DNA from: an uncultured Verrucomicrobiae bacterium
GTDB lineage: Bacteria; Verrucomicrobiota; Verrucomicrobiia; Chthoniobacterales; Chthoniobacteraceae
Direction: 5' to 3'
Assembly: GCA_963836755.1 (NCBI GenBank)
Contig: CAWIKF010000002.1
Span: 1,184,001-1,248,000, forward strand
Length of the DNA stretch: 64,000 bases
Below, piece after piece: positions 43,025 to 53,480 of the stretch (position 1 is the stretch's first letter; each line of letters begins with the position of its first letter). The translations under genes and the position numbers were made by a program. The notes under the pieces are model-generated. The model had not been told where the DNA came from, ran no database searches, and saw nothing but the letters and a program-made list of their open reading frames with translations.

Positions 43025-45940
43025 ATGTCCGACCATTCCAGTTGCCAGACATCCGCGCGCGATTTAGGAAGAACGCCGCGCCATCCGCTGCTCTCGCCGT
43101 CGGACACTTTCCTCCGCCGCCATCTCGGGCCGGGTGAGGAAGAGATCGCGCAAATGCTCGCGCAGCTTGGCTTCAAATCAATGGACGCGCTGATCGACAG
43201 TGCGCTGCCGGCGGACATCCGACTGCGTGAACCGCTCGCGCTGCCGGAGGCGAAAGGCGAGCACGAAACCCTCACGGAGCTCCGCGAAATGGTCGCCGCG
43301 AACGACGTTTTCAAAAACTACATCGGCCTCGGCTATCACGATTGCATCACACCGCCGGTCATCCAACGCAACATCCTCGAAAATCCCGGCTGGTATACCG
43401 CTTACACGCCATATCAGGCTGAGATCGCGCAGGGCCGGCTCGAGGCGCTGCTGAATTTTCAAACGATGGTCACCGATTTGACCGGGCTCGACATTGCCAA
43501 CGCGTCGATGCTCGATGAGGCGACTGCTGCGGCCGAAGCGATGTCGATGTGTCACGCGTTGCGGAAAAATTCCGCCGCAAACACGATCTTCGTTTCGGAA
43601 AATTGTTTCCCGCAAACCATCGCGCTCATCCGGACGCGCGCGCAACCGCTCGAGATCAAAGTCGTCATCGGCGATGAAAAAACGTTCGACTTTGACTCCA
43701 ATGTTTTTGCCGCACTTTTCCCATATCCGTGCGCCAATGGCGCGATTCGCGACTATCGCGCGGTCATTGAAAAAGTGCACGAGACGGGAGGATTTGCCAT
43801 TTTCGCAGCCGACATTCTCGCGCTGACTTTGCTCACGCCGCCCGGAGAATTTGGCGCCGACATCGCAGTCGGCAGCACGCAACGTTTCGGCGTTCCGCTC
43901 GGATTCGGCGGCCCGCACGCGGCATATCTTGCCACGCGCGACGCATTCAAACGCCACATGCCCGGCCGGCTCGTCGGCATCTCGCACGATGCGGAAGGCC
44001 GCCCGGCGTATCGCCTCGCGCTGCAGACGCGCGAGCAGCACATCCGTCGCGAAAAAGCGACGAGCAACATCTGCACGGCGCAGGTGCTTCTCGCAGTAAT
44101 GGCGTCAATGTTCGCGGTTTATCACGGGCCGGATGGCTTGCGCCGCATCGCGCGGCGCGTGTATTTTTTCACGAGGATTTTGTCGGTCGGATTGAAGCGA
44201 CTCGGATTTGAAATCAGTGCCGAGCCATTTTTTGACACGGTGGAGATCGGCCTAGGCAAAGGGCTCGCGAGCGATCTTGTGAAAAGGGCTGCGCAGCAGC
44301 ACATCAATTTCCGCGTTTGCGGCGAGCATTCCGTTTGCGTCACGCTCGATGAAACGGTGGATGACCTGGCGGAACTTTTTCGCGTATTCAACGGCGGGAA
44401 GGATCCGGAATTCACGACCGAGGAATTGGCTGCGGGAATCAATACGGAAGTCGATGCAAACTTTGCTCGCACGAGTTCCTTTTTGACGCATCAGGTGTTC
44501 AATAAACATCACACAGAGACGGAAATGTTGCGCTACATCCGCCGGCTCGAGGCGAAGGATTTGTCGCTCACGACCTCGATGATCCCGCTTGGATCGTGCA
44601 CGATGAAATTGAACGCGACATCGGAGATGATGCCGGTGACGTGGCGGCACATCGGCACGCTGCATCCGTTCGCACCGGCGGAGCAGACGCGTGGCTACCA
44701 GCAATTGTTTAACGAGCTGGAAAGCTGGCTCGCTGAGATCACAGGCTTCGCGGCTGTCTCGCTGCAGCCAAACGCCGGCTCTCAAGGCGAATACGCCGGT
44801 CTGCTCGCGATCCGCGGCTTTCACCAAAGTCGCGGCGAAACGCATCGCAATATTTGCCTCATCCCGCAATCCGCTCACGGCACAAATCCCGCGAGCGCTG
44901 TGATGGCGGGCTTTCGCGTCGTTCCCGTGCGTTGCGTGGACGAGGGCGATATCGATCTTGCGGATCTGCGCGCGAAGGCGGAGCAATATCACAATGAGCT
45001 CGCGTGCCTGATGGTGACGTATCCCAGCACGCACGGCGTTTTTGAGGAAACGATTCGCGAAGTCTGCGCGATCGTCCACGCGCACGGCGGCCAGGTTTAC
45101 ATGGATGGCGCAAATATGAATGCGCAGGTCGGCTTGTGCCGGCCGGGCGACATTGGCGCGGATGTCTGCCATTTAAATCTGCACAAAACTTTTTGCATTC
45201 CGCACGGCGGTGGCGGCCCGGGAATGGGACCGATCGGCGTCGCGCAACATCTCGCGCCTTTTCTGCCTGGCCATTTTGTCTTGAACGCCGATGACGAAGG
45301 CGCTGCCGGCGCGGTATCGGCGGCGCCGTGGGGAAGCGCGTCGATTCTCGTAATCCCATGGGTTTACATCCGCATGATGGGCGGCGACGGGCTGACGCAG
45401 GCGACGAAAGTCGCGATCCTCAATGCGAATTACATTGCGCGGCGGCTGGAGCCGTTTTTTCCAGTTTTATACAAAGGTAAAACGGAGCTCGTGGCGCACG
45501 AATGCATCCTCGATTTGCGTCGCTGGAAAACGGCGGGCATCGAAGTCGAGGATGTGGCGAAGCGGCTGATGGATTACGGTTTTCACGCGCCGACCATTTC
45601 GTGGCCGGTGCCGGGCACGATGATGATCGAGCCGACCGAGAGTGAATCGAAAGAAGAGCTGGACCGTTTTTGCGACGCGATGATTTCCATTTACGCCGAA
45701 ATGCGTGCAATCGAAAATGGCACGGCGGACCGAGAGGATAATCTCCTCAAAAACGCTCCGCACACCGTTCACACGCTCGTTGGCGAAAACTGGACGCATC
45801 CTTACAGCCGCGAGAGCGCCGCTTTTCCGGCGCCATGGGTGCGCGAGCATAAATTCTGGCCGGCGGTCGCGCGTATCGACAGCGTTTTTGGCGATCGCAA
45901 TCTCGTTTGCACCTGCCCGCCGGTGGAATCCTACGCGTAG
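43025..45940 (+). CDS. gcvP: Glycine dehydrogenase (decarboxylating) P protein
   Basis: [34 protein letters not shown] lysine. Confidence 0.97.
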   Translation: MSDHSSCQTSARDLGRTPRHPLLSPSDTFLRRHLGPGEEEIAQMLAQLGFKSMDALIDSALPADIRLREPLALPEAKGEHETLTELREMVAANDVFKNYIGLGYHDCITPPVIQRNILENPGWYTAYTPYQAEIAQGRLEALLNFQTMVTDLTGLDIANASMLDEATAAAEAMSMCHALRKNSAANTIFVSENCFPQTIALIRTRAQPLEIKVVIGDEKTFDFDSNVFAALFPYPCANGAIRDYRAVIEKVHETGGFAIFAADILALTLLTPPGEFGADIAVGSTQRFGVPLGFGGPHAAYLATRDAFKRHMPGRLVGISHDAEGRPAYRLALQTREQHIRREKATSNICTAQVLLAVMASMFAVYHGPDGLRRIARRVYFFTRILSVGLKRLGFEISAEPFFDTVEIGLGKGLASDLVKRAAQQHINFRVCGEHSVCVTLDETVDDLAELFRVFNGGKDPEFTTEELAAGINTEVDANFARTSSFLTHQVFNKHHTETEMLRYIRRLEAKDLSLTTSMIPLGSCTMKLNATSEMMPVTWRHIGTLHPFAPAEQTRGYQQLFNELESWLAEITGFAAVSLQPNAGSQGEYAGLLAIRGFHQSRGETHRNICLIPQSAHGTNPASAVMAGFRVVPVRCVDEGDIDLADLRAKAEQYHNELACLMVTYPSTHGVFEETIREVCAIVHAHGGQVYMDGANMNAQVGLCRPGDIGADVCHLNLHKTFCIPHGGGGPGMGPIGVAQHLAPFLPGHFVLNADDEGAAGAVSAAPWGSASILVIPWVYIRMMGGDGLTQATKVAILNANYIARRLEPFFPVLYKGKTELVAHECILDLRRWKTAGIEVEDVAKRLMDYGFHAPTISWPVPGTMMIEPTESESKEELDRFCDAMISIYAEMRAIENGTADREDNLLKNAPHTVHTLVGENWTHPYSRESAAFPAPWVREHKFWPAVARIDSVFGDRNLVCTCPPVESYA

Positions 45941-46002
45941 GCGCAGGGGGCAGGCGCGAGATATTTCGAGGCAAGGTCTGCATCCTGCTTAAGGAGGGAC
46001 AA

Positions 46003-48159
46003 ATGTTTATGGATTGGCTAAGGAGCAACTTCGATTACGTCGTTTTTGCGGCGCTTTGGGTTGCGTTGTTTGCGCTGAATCAAAAGCAGGTGCCGCGCAT
46101 TGGGCGCAGCCGCCAGCTCGATCTCATGCAATGGATTGTCGCTGCCATCATCATCATTTTCGGCGGCCCGATGATTAATTTCAGCATGTTCACCGGCAAC
46201 CGAGTCGCGGCCATGGCGCTTGTCTCGGCTCTGCTGTTCAATCTCGCCACGATCCGCATGCTGCTCGCCTCCACGCGTGCCAAAACCATTGAGCGGCGGC
46301 AGTCAGAAATTGCGCTTGCCGAGTCGGAGCGCCGCTTGTCCGTGCACGTGCAACAAACGCCGCTCGCCGTGATCGAGTGCGACCTGGAGGCGCGGATCAC
46401 CGAATGGAATGCCGCTGCGGAAAAAATCTTCGGCTGGAGCAAATCCGAGGCGCTGGGACGCAAATCGGTGGAGCTTTTGCTTGCCGACAACGCACGGGCA
46501 GCGTTCATGTCGGAACTTGAAAAACTCCTCACCGGCACCGGCGGTTCGCGGCTGACCAACGAAAACATCACTAAAGATAGCCGCCGCATCATGTGCGATT
46601 GGTTCAACACGCCCATCGTCAACAATGACGGCAAAGTCATCGGCGTCTCGTCGCTTTGCGAAGACACGACGGAGCGGCAACTGGCAGCCGTGGAAATCGA
46701 AAATCTTGCCGCATTTCCGCGCTACAATCCGAATCCGGTGATGCAATTTTCCGCGCAGGGAGACTTGATTTATTTCAACGAATCGGCGCAGCAAATGGCG
46801 AAATCTCTCGGCAAGGAAACGATCGCGGAAATGCTGCCCGAGGATACTGCCACCATCGTCCGCGAGTGCATCGCTACGGGCGACGACAAGCTGAAGCGAG
46901 AAACAAAGATCGGCACGCGCACGATTTCGTGGTCGTTTTTCCCGATCGCCGCCCTTCGCTGCGTCCATTGTTACGCGTCGGATTTCACGGAGCGGCTAAA
47001 CCTCGAACAGCAGCTACGCCAATCGCAAAAAATGCAGTCGGTCGGGCAGCTCGCCGCCGGCGTTGCGCATGATTTCAACAACATCCTCACGATCATCCAG
47101 GGCCATTCGGAACTGATGACCGGCACTGAAAAGCTCACGCCGCCGGGAATCGAATCTCTCGACCAGATCCGGCTCGCAGCCGAGCGCGCGGCGAAGCTGA
47201 CTCAGCAATTGCTCACGTTTGGACGCAAGCAATTCATGCAGGTCGAACCGATTACGATTAACGACGTGATAAATCGCGTCACACAAATGTTGCGCCGCGT
47301 CCTCGGCGAAAATGTTTCGCTGCGATGCAATCTCGCTCCACGGCTGCCGGTCATCGAGGGCGACGTTACGATGATGGAACAAATCATCATGAACCTTTCC
47401 GTGAACGCCCGCGACGCGATGCCGAACGGTGGCTCGCTAATTATCGGCACGGTGCCTGTGATGGTCACGCGGGCTTATGTGACGCGGAATCCGGAGGCGC
47501 GCGAGGGCACGTTTGTTTGCCTAAGCGTCAGCGACAACGGCACGGGCATCGAGCACGACAAACTCACGAAACTTTTCGAGCCGTTTTTCACCACGAAAGA
47601 AGTGGGCAAGGGCACCGGCCTCGGACTTGCCACAGTGTATGGCATTGTAAAACAACACCACGGCTGGGTTGAGGTGGAAAGCGAAGTCGGCAAAGGCACT
47701 GTTTTCAAAGTTTTCCTGCCGAGCACCACGAAAACCGCCGCTGCGAAGGACGGGAAGGTCCCGCCGCAAAACATCCGGGGCGGCCGCGAAACGGTTCTTC
47801 TCGTTGAGGACGAAGCGGGCGTTCTCAGCCTCGCGCGCGGCGTGTTGCGCAGCTACGGCTACGATGTGCTCGAGGCGCGCTCCGGCGTGGAAGCGCTTCG
47901 CGTCTGGGCGCAGCACGACACGCGGATCGATCTGCTGTTAACCGATATCGTGATGCCAGAAGGCATGTCAGGCCTCGAGCTCGCGAAAAAGTTGCGGGTT
48001 GAAAAACACGACTTGAAGGTGCTTTACAGCTCCGGCTACTCGATCGAGGTCGCGGGCCATGATTTCGGGCTGCGCGAGGGGATGGCGTTTTTGAAAAAGC
48101 CGTATCAACCGCAAATGCTTGCGCAAAAAGTTCGCGAGTGTCTCGACCTGCGCGCCTAG
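46003..48159 (+). CDS. Membrane-anchored PAS-domain hybrid histidine kinase/response regulator
   Basis: TM N-terminus, PAS domains, AHDFNNIL H-box, GTGLGL, receiver LLTDIVMP; RBS AAGGAGG at 45991. Confidence 0.92.
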   Translation: MFMDWLRSNFDYVVFAALWVALFALNQKQVPRIGRSRQLDLMQWIVAAIIIIFGGPMINFSMFTGNRVAAMALVSALLFNLATIRMLLASTRAKTIERRQSEIALAESERRLSVHVQQTPLAVIECDLEARITEWNAAAEKIFGWSKSEALGRKSVELLLADNARAAFMSELEKLLTGTGGSRLTNENITKDSRRIMCDWFNTPIVNNDGKVIGVSSLCEDTTERQLAAVEIENLAAFPRYNPNPVMQFSAQGDLIYFNESAQQMAKSLGKETIAEMLPEDTATIVRECIATGDDKLKRETKIGTRTISWSFFPIAALRCVHCYASDFTERLNLEQQLRQSQKMQSVGQLAAGVAHDFNNILTIIQGHSELMTGTEKLTPPGIESLDQIRLAAERAAKLTQQLLTFGRKQFMQVEPITINDVINRVTQMLRRVLGENVSLRCNLAPRLPVIEGDVTMMEQIIMNLSVNARDAMPNGGSLIIGTVPVMVTRAYVTRNPEAREGTFVCLSVSDNGTGIEHDKLTKLFEPFFTTKEVGKGTGLGLATVYGIVKQHHGWVEVESEVGKGTVFKVFLPSTTKTAAAKDGKVPPQNIRGGRETVLLVEDEAGVLSLARGVLRSYGYDVLEARSGVEALRVWAQHDTRIDLLLTDIVMPEGMSGLELAKKLRVEKHDLKVLYSSGYSIEVAGHDFGLREGMAFLKKPYQPQMLAQKVRECLDLRA

Positions 48160-48276
48160 ACTTTTCTTTCGCCGCTCCGGCGTTAGTTTTCGCGCAGTGA
48201 ATTTAAAAACAGAACGAGGTTCCGGCGGTTTGGTCGCGAGCGCTCCACGCAAAATCTCTTCGCACTCGCCACTAAA

Positions 48277-49128
48277 ATGCGGCCAGCCGCTCTCGTCCTT
48301 TTCTTCATTTCGATTTGCGCGGCAAATGCGACTGATCCGGCAATAGCCGATCTCCTGCGGCAGGGCGACGCGGAAGTCAGTGCGGGTAATCTTCGCGGGG
48401 CGCTCACCTTTTTTAGCGAGGCGGAAAAAAAGGATCCGCAAGACGTCGACGTGCTCCTGCGCATTTCGCAGCAATACAGCGATCTTGTTCCCGCGGCGAA
48501 GACTCCAGCAGAGGCGCAATCTTTGGCAGAAACCTCTCTCGCTTATGCCAAACGTGCGCGCGCGCTCGCGCCGCAAAATGCGAAGGCGCACCTCGCACTC
48601 GCGATCGCATATGGGCGGCTGGCCGATTTTGAGGACAACAAAACGAAGCTCGTGTATTCGCGCAATGTCGAAGACGAGGCGAAAAAATCGATCGCGCTCG
48701 ATCCGCACGATGCGTATGCGTTCCATGTTCTCGGCGTTTGGAATTATCGCGTCGCAAATCTCAACACGCTGCTGAAGTTGATGGCGCGCTACATTTACGG
48801 CGGCATGCCACCGGCGTCGAATGAAGAGGCGGTGCGCGATTTTCAAAAAGCAATCGCGCTGGCGCCGCAGCGCATCCTGCATCACGAGGAGTTGGCGCGC
48901 GTTTACGTGGCGATGGGCAAACACGATCTCGCGCACAAGGAATGGAAAACCATCCTCGCGCTGCCGGCGGCGAATGCCGAAGACGAGAAGGTGCAAAGCG
49001 AGGCAAAAACTTTGCTCGGGACCGATCAGCCCTTGAGCACCAGCACGAGCCAGCCGGCCAGCAAGCTCAGTCCACCGAGCGGTGTGATCGCGCCGAGCCA
49101 GCGCACGCCGCTGAAAGCGAGCAAATAA
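48277..49128 (+). CDS. Secreted TPR-like protein
   Basis: Signal peptide, repeated A.ALAP/ALDP TPR-like helices. Confidence 0.75.
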   Translation: MRPAALVLFFISICAANATDPAIADLLRQGDAEVSAGNLRGALTFFSEAEKKDPQDVDVLLRISQQYSDLVPAAKTPAEAQSLAETSLAYAKRARALAPQNAKAHLALAIAYGRLADFEDNKTKLVYSRNVEDEAKKSIALDPHDAYAFHVLGVWNYRVANLNTLLKLMARYIYGGMPPASNEEAVRDFQKAIALAPQRILHHEELARVYVAMGKHDLAHKEWKTILALPAANAEDEKVQSEAKTLLGTDQPLSTSTSQPASKLSPPSGVIAPSQRTPLKASK

Positions 49129-49376
49129 AGACTGCCGCTAAAAACGATCACACCCGCGAGGATTAGGCAATAGGCCAGCAGCGGAAGTGGATCACGCGGT
49201 GCTAGCACTAGTAAAACAACTGCGTGCACGAGATGATACAGCACCGCCTTTTCCCAAACGTCCGCGAAGCCGTTTTGCGCCAGCGTTTGCTTGAGCGCAT
49301 GCGCGCCGAACGCGCCCAGCGCTACGGCTAAAAAACCAAGCGCAGCAGCGATCCGGAAAGCAGAGTGGTTTGTCAT
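49026..49376 (-). CDS. DUF423 / TMEM256 family membrane protein
   Basis: LGAFGAH, YHLVHA, FSGSLY, GAITPLGG. Confidence 0.9.
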   Translation of the reverse strand: MTNHSAFRIAAALGFLAVALGAFGAHALKQTLAQNGFADVWEKAVLYHLVHAVVLLVLAPRDPLPLLAYCLILAGVIVFSGSLYLLAFSGVRWLGAITPLGGLSLLAGWLVLVLKG

Positions 49377-49424
49377 GAAAATGAATTTCATGATTCTCCG
49401 GAAACCTGTTCATTCTGTCAAAAC

Positions 49425-49922
49425 ATGGACTGGAAAAACTGGCAGCCGCGCGACCGCGCGAACCTTTGCTTCATTTTAAAAGACGAACAACTTTTGCTTA
49501 TTCGCAAAAAGCGCGGGCTCGGCGCGGGAAAAATCAACGCGCCTGGCGGCAAGATTGAGTCGGGCGAAACCGCGGAAGAAGCTGCGGTGCGCGAAACGCG
49601 CGAAGAAGTAGGCTTGATGCCAATCGCGCCGGAACTTCGCGGGGAATTGTCGTTTCAATTTGCCGATGGCTACAGCTTGCACTGCGCAGTTTTTCTCGCG
49701 TTCGATTACACCGGCGAGCTCATCGAAACTGATGAAGCCGCGCCATTTTGGAGCCGGCTCGATTCTCTTCCCTACCATGAAATGTGGGAGGATGACCGGC
49801 ACTGGCTGCCGCTGCTGCTTGAGGGCAAATCTTTTTCCGGCTATTTCGTTTTTGACGGCGAGGAAATGAAATCGCACGAAATTCAGATCGTAACTGAGCT
49901 TCTGGACCAGCGGCTCGTGTGA
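49425..49922 (+). CDS. NUDIX hydrolase, MTH1-like 8-oxo-dGTP diphosphatase
   Basis: KKRGLGAGK, Nudix box GGKIESGETAEEAAVRETREEVG, MWEDDRHW. Confidence 0.88.
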   Translation: MDWKNWQPRDRANLCFILKDEQLLLIRKKRGLGAGKINAPGGKIESGETAEEAAVRETREEVGLMPIAPELRGELSFQFADGYSLHCAVFLAFDYTGELIETDEAAPFWSRLDSLPYHEMWEDDRHWLPLLLEGKSFSGYFVFDGEEMKSHEIQIVTELLDQRLV

Positions 49923-50758
49923 TGGGAAAAGTCGTCATCCTCGGCTGCGGTTTCGTCGGGGCAAGAGCAGCGCGATCGTTTGCTGAAGCGGGCTGGGAGG
50001 TGATTGGCGTCACGCACACTGAGGAATCAGCGCAAAAGTTGGCCGGGGAACCCTTCCGCGTTTTTGCATGCGATATCACTGTGCCGGAGGCTTTGCGTCG
50101 TCAGCCAGAATTGATGCGAGCCAACGTTTTGATCAGCGCCGTCAGCTCGGGTCGCGGCGATGCAGATGTTTATCGCAGCGTTTATTTGGAGGGATTACGG
50201 AACGCAACAAAGATTTTACAACCGCAAGCCATTCTTTTCGTCAGCAGCACGTCGGTTTACGCTCAATGTGATGGCGAATGGGTCAGTGAAGAAAATCCCG
50301 CGGATCCCCAGCGGGAGACAGGAAAAGTTTTGCGCGAGGCGGAGGAATTTGCGCTAAAGGAGAATGGCTCGGTGGCGCGGCTGGCAGGGATTTATGGGCC
50401 GGGGAGATGGATGCTGTTGCAAAAATTCTTGGAAGGCCGTGCGATGATCGAAGGCGATGGACAGCGGTTTTTGAATCAGATTCATGCCGACGATGCGGCA
50501 AGCGCATTGGTCCATCTCATTATGCGGAATGCGCCGCGCGGCATTTATAATGTGGCGGACGATGCTCCGATGACACAGCGGGATGTTTACACATTGCTGG
50601 CGGAGCATTTTCGAAAATCGCTTCCACCATCAGGTCCGATCGACCACAGCCGAAAACGCGGATGGACGAACAAGCGCGTCAGCAATCGCAAACTCCGCGC
50701 GACCGGCTGGGCGCCGCGGTTTCCATCGATCCGGGAAGCGTTGGAAGCGTTTCACTAG
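49919..50758 (+). CDS. NAD-dependent epimerase/dehydratase (SDR family)
   Basis: GCGFVG, SSTSVY, RLAGIYGPGR, IHADDAA. Confidence 0.85.
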   Translation: MMGKVVILGCGFVGARAARSFAEAGWEVIGVTHTEESAQKLAGEPFRVFACDITVPEALRRQPELMRANVLISAVSSGRGDADVYRSVYLEGLRNATKILQPQAILFVSSTSVYAQCDGEWVSEENPADPQRETGKVLREAEEFALKENGSVARLAGIYGPGRWMLLQKFLEGRAMIEGDGQRFLNQIHADDAASALVHLIMRNAPRGIYNVADDAPMTQRDVYTLLAEHFRKSLPPSGPIDHSRKRGWTNKRVSNRKLRATGWAPRFPSIREALEAFH

Positions 50759-50845
50759 AAAAAATTTGCGCCGGCTTCATGCGGCGGCGAAGCTGATCGC
50801 GCGTCGCGCGCATCCCCACCACCCGCGCCGGCGCGTTCATTCATC

Positions 50846-51805
50846 ATGCGCCCGATCCGTTTTTTCTTCGCCAGCATTGTCGCATTCGTCTGCTCCGTTG
50901 CTCCGGTCTTCGGCTACGGAACTGCCGGACACGAAGCGGTTGGAAACATTGCTGCGCATTATCTCGAGGGCAGCCGCACGGAAACCGAGGTTGCGAAGCT
51001 GCTGCGGCCGGGCGAGACGCTGGCAAAGGCCTGCACCTGGGCCGATCGCGCAAAGTTGCCGGATCAATATCTGACGCCCGAGATGAAGGAGTTCGTCGCG
51101 AACAATCCCGATCATCACAAATACCATTTTTGCGACGTTCCTTTTCAGGAGAAAATTTACCGCGACGGCGGGACCGGCACGAATAACGAAGACGTCGTGC
51201 ACATGATGAAGCTGTGCATCGAGGTCTTGAGCAATCCCGCAATCGCGGCGAACAACCCGCATCACCTGACTCCGCGCGTCGCGCTGCTCTTGCTCGCGCA
51301 TTACACCGGCGACGTCCATCAGCCGTTGCACGTCGGCTGCAGCTACGTGGACAGGGAGAATCATTTCGTCGATCCGGACAAAGGCGGGCAGGGACAGGAG
51401 GATGCGGGCGCGAACTTCTTCAAACTAAACAAGAGCATTTCGCTCCACGGTTACTGGGACACGACCGCGGTGAAACTGGCCAAAGACATGGCGCATGGAG
51501 AAAATTTCGCGCAGTTCCTGATCGAGAAAAATCCGCCGAAGCTTGAATGGAAAACGAAAGGGCTGATCGCATCATGGCCGGAAAAGTGGGTCAACGACAC
51601 CTTGCAGCTTTCGGAACAATGTTATGCAGGGATTAAACTGAGTGATCGCCATACTGTTCCCGGCGACGAGACGCATCCGGCGCATGATGAGTGGAAAGTC
51701 ACGCTTCCGCCCGGTTATGATCAGCGCGCGGCAAATATCGTGGAGCTGGAACTCGCGAAGGCTGGCTATCGGCTGGCTGAAGTGCTGAAAGCGATCTGGC
51801 CTTGA
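50846..51805 (+). CDS. Secreted S1/P1 nuclease
   Basis: Signal peptide, YGTAGH, WAD, HYTGDVHQPLH, LHGYWD, AGYRLA. Confidence 0.88.
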   Translation: MRPIRFFFASIVAFVCSVAPVFGYGTAGHEAVGNIAAHYLEGSRTETEVAKLLRPGETLAKACTWADRAKLPDQYLTPEMKEFVANNPDHHKYHFCDVPFQEKIYRDGGTGTNNEDVVHMMKLCIEVLSNPAIAANNPHHLTPRVALLLLAHYTGDVHQPLHVGCSYVDRENHFVDPDKGGQGQEDAGANFFKLNKSISLHGYWDTTAVKLAKDMAHGENFAQFLIEKNPPKLEWKTKGLIASWPEKWVNDTLQLSEQCYAGIKLSDRHTVPGDETHPAHDEWKVTLPPGYDQRAANIVELELAKAGYRLAEVLKAIWP

Positions 51806-51817
51806 TCCGACGGCGCG

Positions 51818-52369
51818 TCAAACGCTCTCTCGCTGCAATTTTTTCAAGCGCCCGCTGAGGGCAACTTTGGTCGCCGAGTTCATACGGTCGATGAAAAGAA
51901 TGCCATGCAGATGATCGTGCTCATGTTGCAGCGCGCGCGCGAGCAGACCGGTCGCCATGAACTCCATGTCGCTCCCGTCCAGCAGTTGCGCCCGCGCGGT
52001 GACGACAGCTGCGCGCGCGATGTCGCCATTGATGTCGGGAAAACTGAGGCAGCCCTCGGAGCTGACGACGCGCTCCTTGCCAAGCGTGAGCTGCGGATTC
52101 ACCAGCACGAGCGGCATCCATTTTTCGAGGTCGACGCTTTCGCCGCCAATGAACATTTCACTCGGCCGATCCTCGGACCCGGTCACGTCGATGACGGTGA
52201 GCTGAACCGCTTCGCCGACCTGCTGTGCGGCGAGTCCGACGCCATTCGCCGATCGCATCGTCTCGATCATGTCTTTGGCAAGCTCGCGGATTTCCTTCGT
52301 AATGTTTCCGATCGCCTTGCCCTTCGCGCGCAACACCGGCTCGCCGTATTTCACAATCTCGCGGATCAT
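51818..52369 (-). CDS. def: Peptide deformylase
   Basis: GVGLAAQQ, EGCLS, QHEHDHL. Confidence 0.96.
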   Translation of the reverse strand: MIREIVKYGEPVLRAKGKAIGNITKEIRELAKDMIETMRSANGVGLAAQQVGEAVQLTVIDVTGSEDRPSEMFIGGESVDLEKWMPLVLVNPQLTLGKERVVSSEGCLSFPDINGDIARAAVVTARAQLLDGSDMEFMATGLLARALQHEHDHLHGILFIDRMNSATKVALSGRLKKLQRESV

Positions 52370-52779
52370 TGTGCGGTCGTTTCGGTTAAAGCCGGCACGT
52401 TTTTGACGCCAGATTCTTTGAGCGCGTCGAGGACTTTGATGATGACGCCGAAGGGCGCGTTGGTGTCCGCGTTCAGCGCGACTGGCCGATCGGGCGAAGT
52501 GGCGAGCATTTGCTGCAACGCATCTTTCAGGTTTTCGAGCGCAACATTTTTTCCTTGGAGAAAAAGTTCACCGTCTTTCTTGATCGAGAGCAAAGCCGGA
52601 TCAGAAGAATTTGGCGCGGCGAGGGCTGTGGCGGATTTCGGAAGCTGAATGACAACAGCCGGTTGATCACGTTTAAACGTAGTCGTCACGATGACAAAGA
52701 TGAGCAGGATCGCAAGAATATCGATGAGCGATACGATGATGACCGCAGGCATGCGGCGCTTGCGCGCGTAAAACTTCAC
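52366..52779 (-). CDS. ExbD/TolR family biopolymer transport protein
   Basis: SLIDILAILLIF TM with Asp, LNAD; GTG start overlaps upstream stop. Confidence 0.9.
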   Translation of the reverse strand: MKFYARKRRMPAVIIVSLIDILAILLIFVIVTTTFKRDQPAVVIQLPKSATALAAPNSSDPALLSIKKDGELFLQGKNVALENLKDALQQMLATSPDRPVALNADTNAPFGVIIKVLDALKESGVKNVPALTETTAQ

Positions 52780-53480
52780 AGGATTTGATCGATTTCCGCC
52801 ACTGGCGCCGGACCTTTCACCGACTGACGCCGCTGCTTTTGGTAGTAGCATTTCGCGAGCAGCTCCGCGATGAGCGATTCCATTTCAGCCGCCATCGTCT
52901 CGATTTTTTTTGAGAAATAGGAATACGCGATCAGGCTCGGAATGGCGATCGCGAGGCCGACAATCGTTGTGCTGAGCGCCTCAGAAATTCCTTTCGCGAT
53001 TCCGCGCGGATCGCTCACTGTGGCGCTCGCGCCGAGATTCGCAAAGACGGAGACCAAGCCAGAGACGGCGCCGAGAAGGCCGAGCAGGGGAGCGATGCCG
53101 ACGACGACTTCGAGCACGACGAGCCCCGCCTCGAGCCGCACGATTTCGTGGCGTGCGCGTGTTTGGACCGCCTCGATGTTTTCCATTTTCGGCCACTGCA
53201 AATTGCGCAGCCCCGTTTTCACCACGCGTCCGAGCGGCGAATCATCGGCGCGCACGAGCCGCGCGAGTTTCACCACCGCTTCGGAGTCGTCGGCAGGCTC
53301 CAGTTCCTCCACGCCTTTCTCGATCTGGGGCGGCATCACAGTGTCTCGCCGCAGCGCAAAGCTGCGCCACAAGATCACCGCGAGCGACACGACCGAGCAG
53401 ATGACGAGCGTGCCCATGAAGAAGCCGCCCTGCAAAAAAAACTGGAGCGCGGAATTTACCGAGGCGAGGAGCGGGATCAT
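52776..53480 (-). CDS. MotA/TolQ/ExbB proton channel family protein
   Basis: APLLGLLGAV, GISEALSTTIVGLAIAIP. Confidence 0.92.
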   Translation of the reverse strand: MIPLLASVNSALQFFLQGGFFMGTLVICSVVSLAVILWRSFALRRDTVMPPQIEKGVEELEPADDSEAVVKLARLVRADDSPLGRVVKTGLRNLQWPKMENIEAVQTRARHEIVRLEAGLVVLEVVVGIAPLLGLLGAVSGLVSVFANLGASATVSDPRGIAKGISEALSTTIVGLAIAIPSLIAYSYFSKKIETMAAEMESLIAELLAKCYYQKQRRQSVKGPAPVAEIDQIL

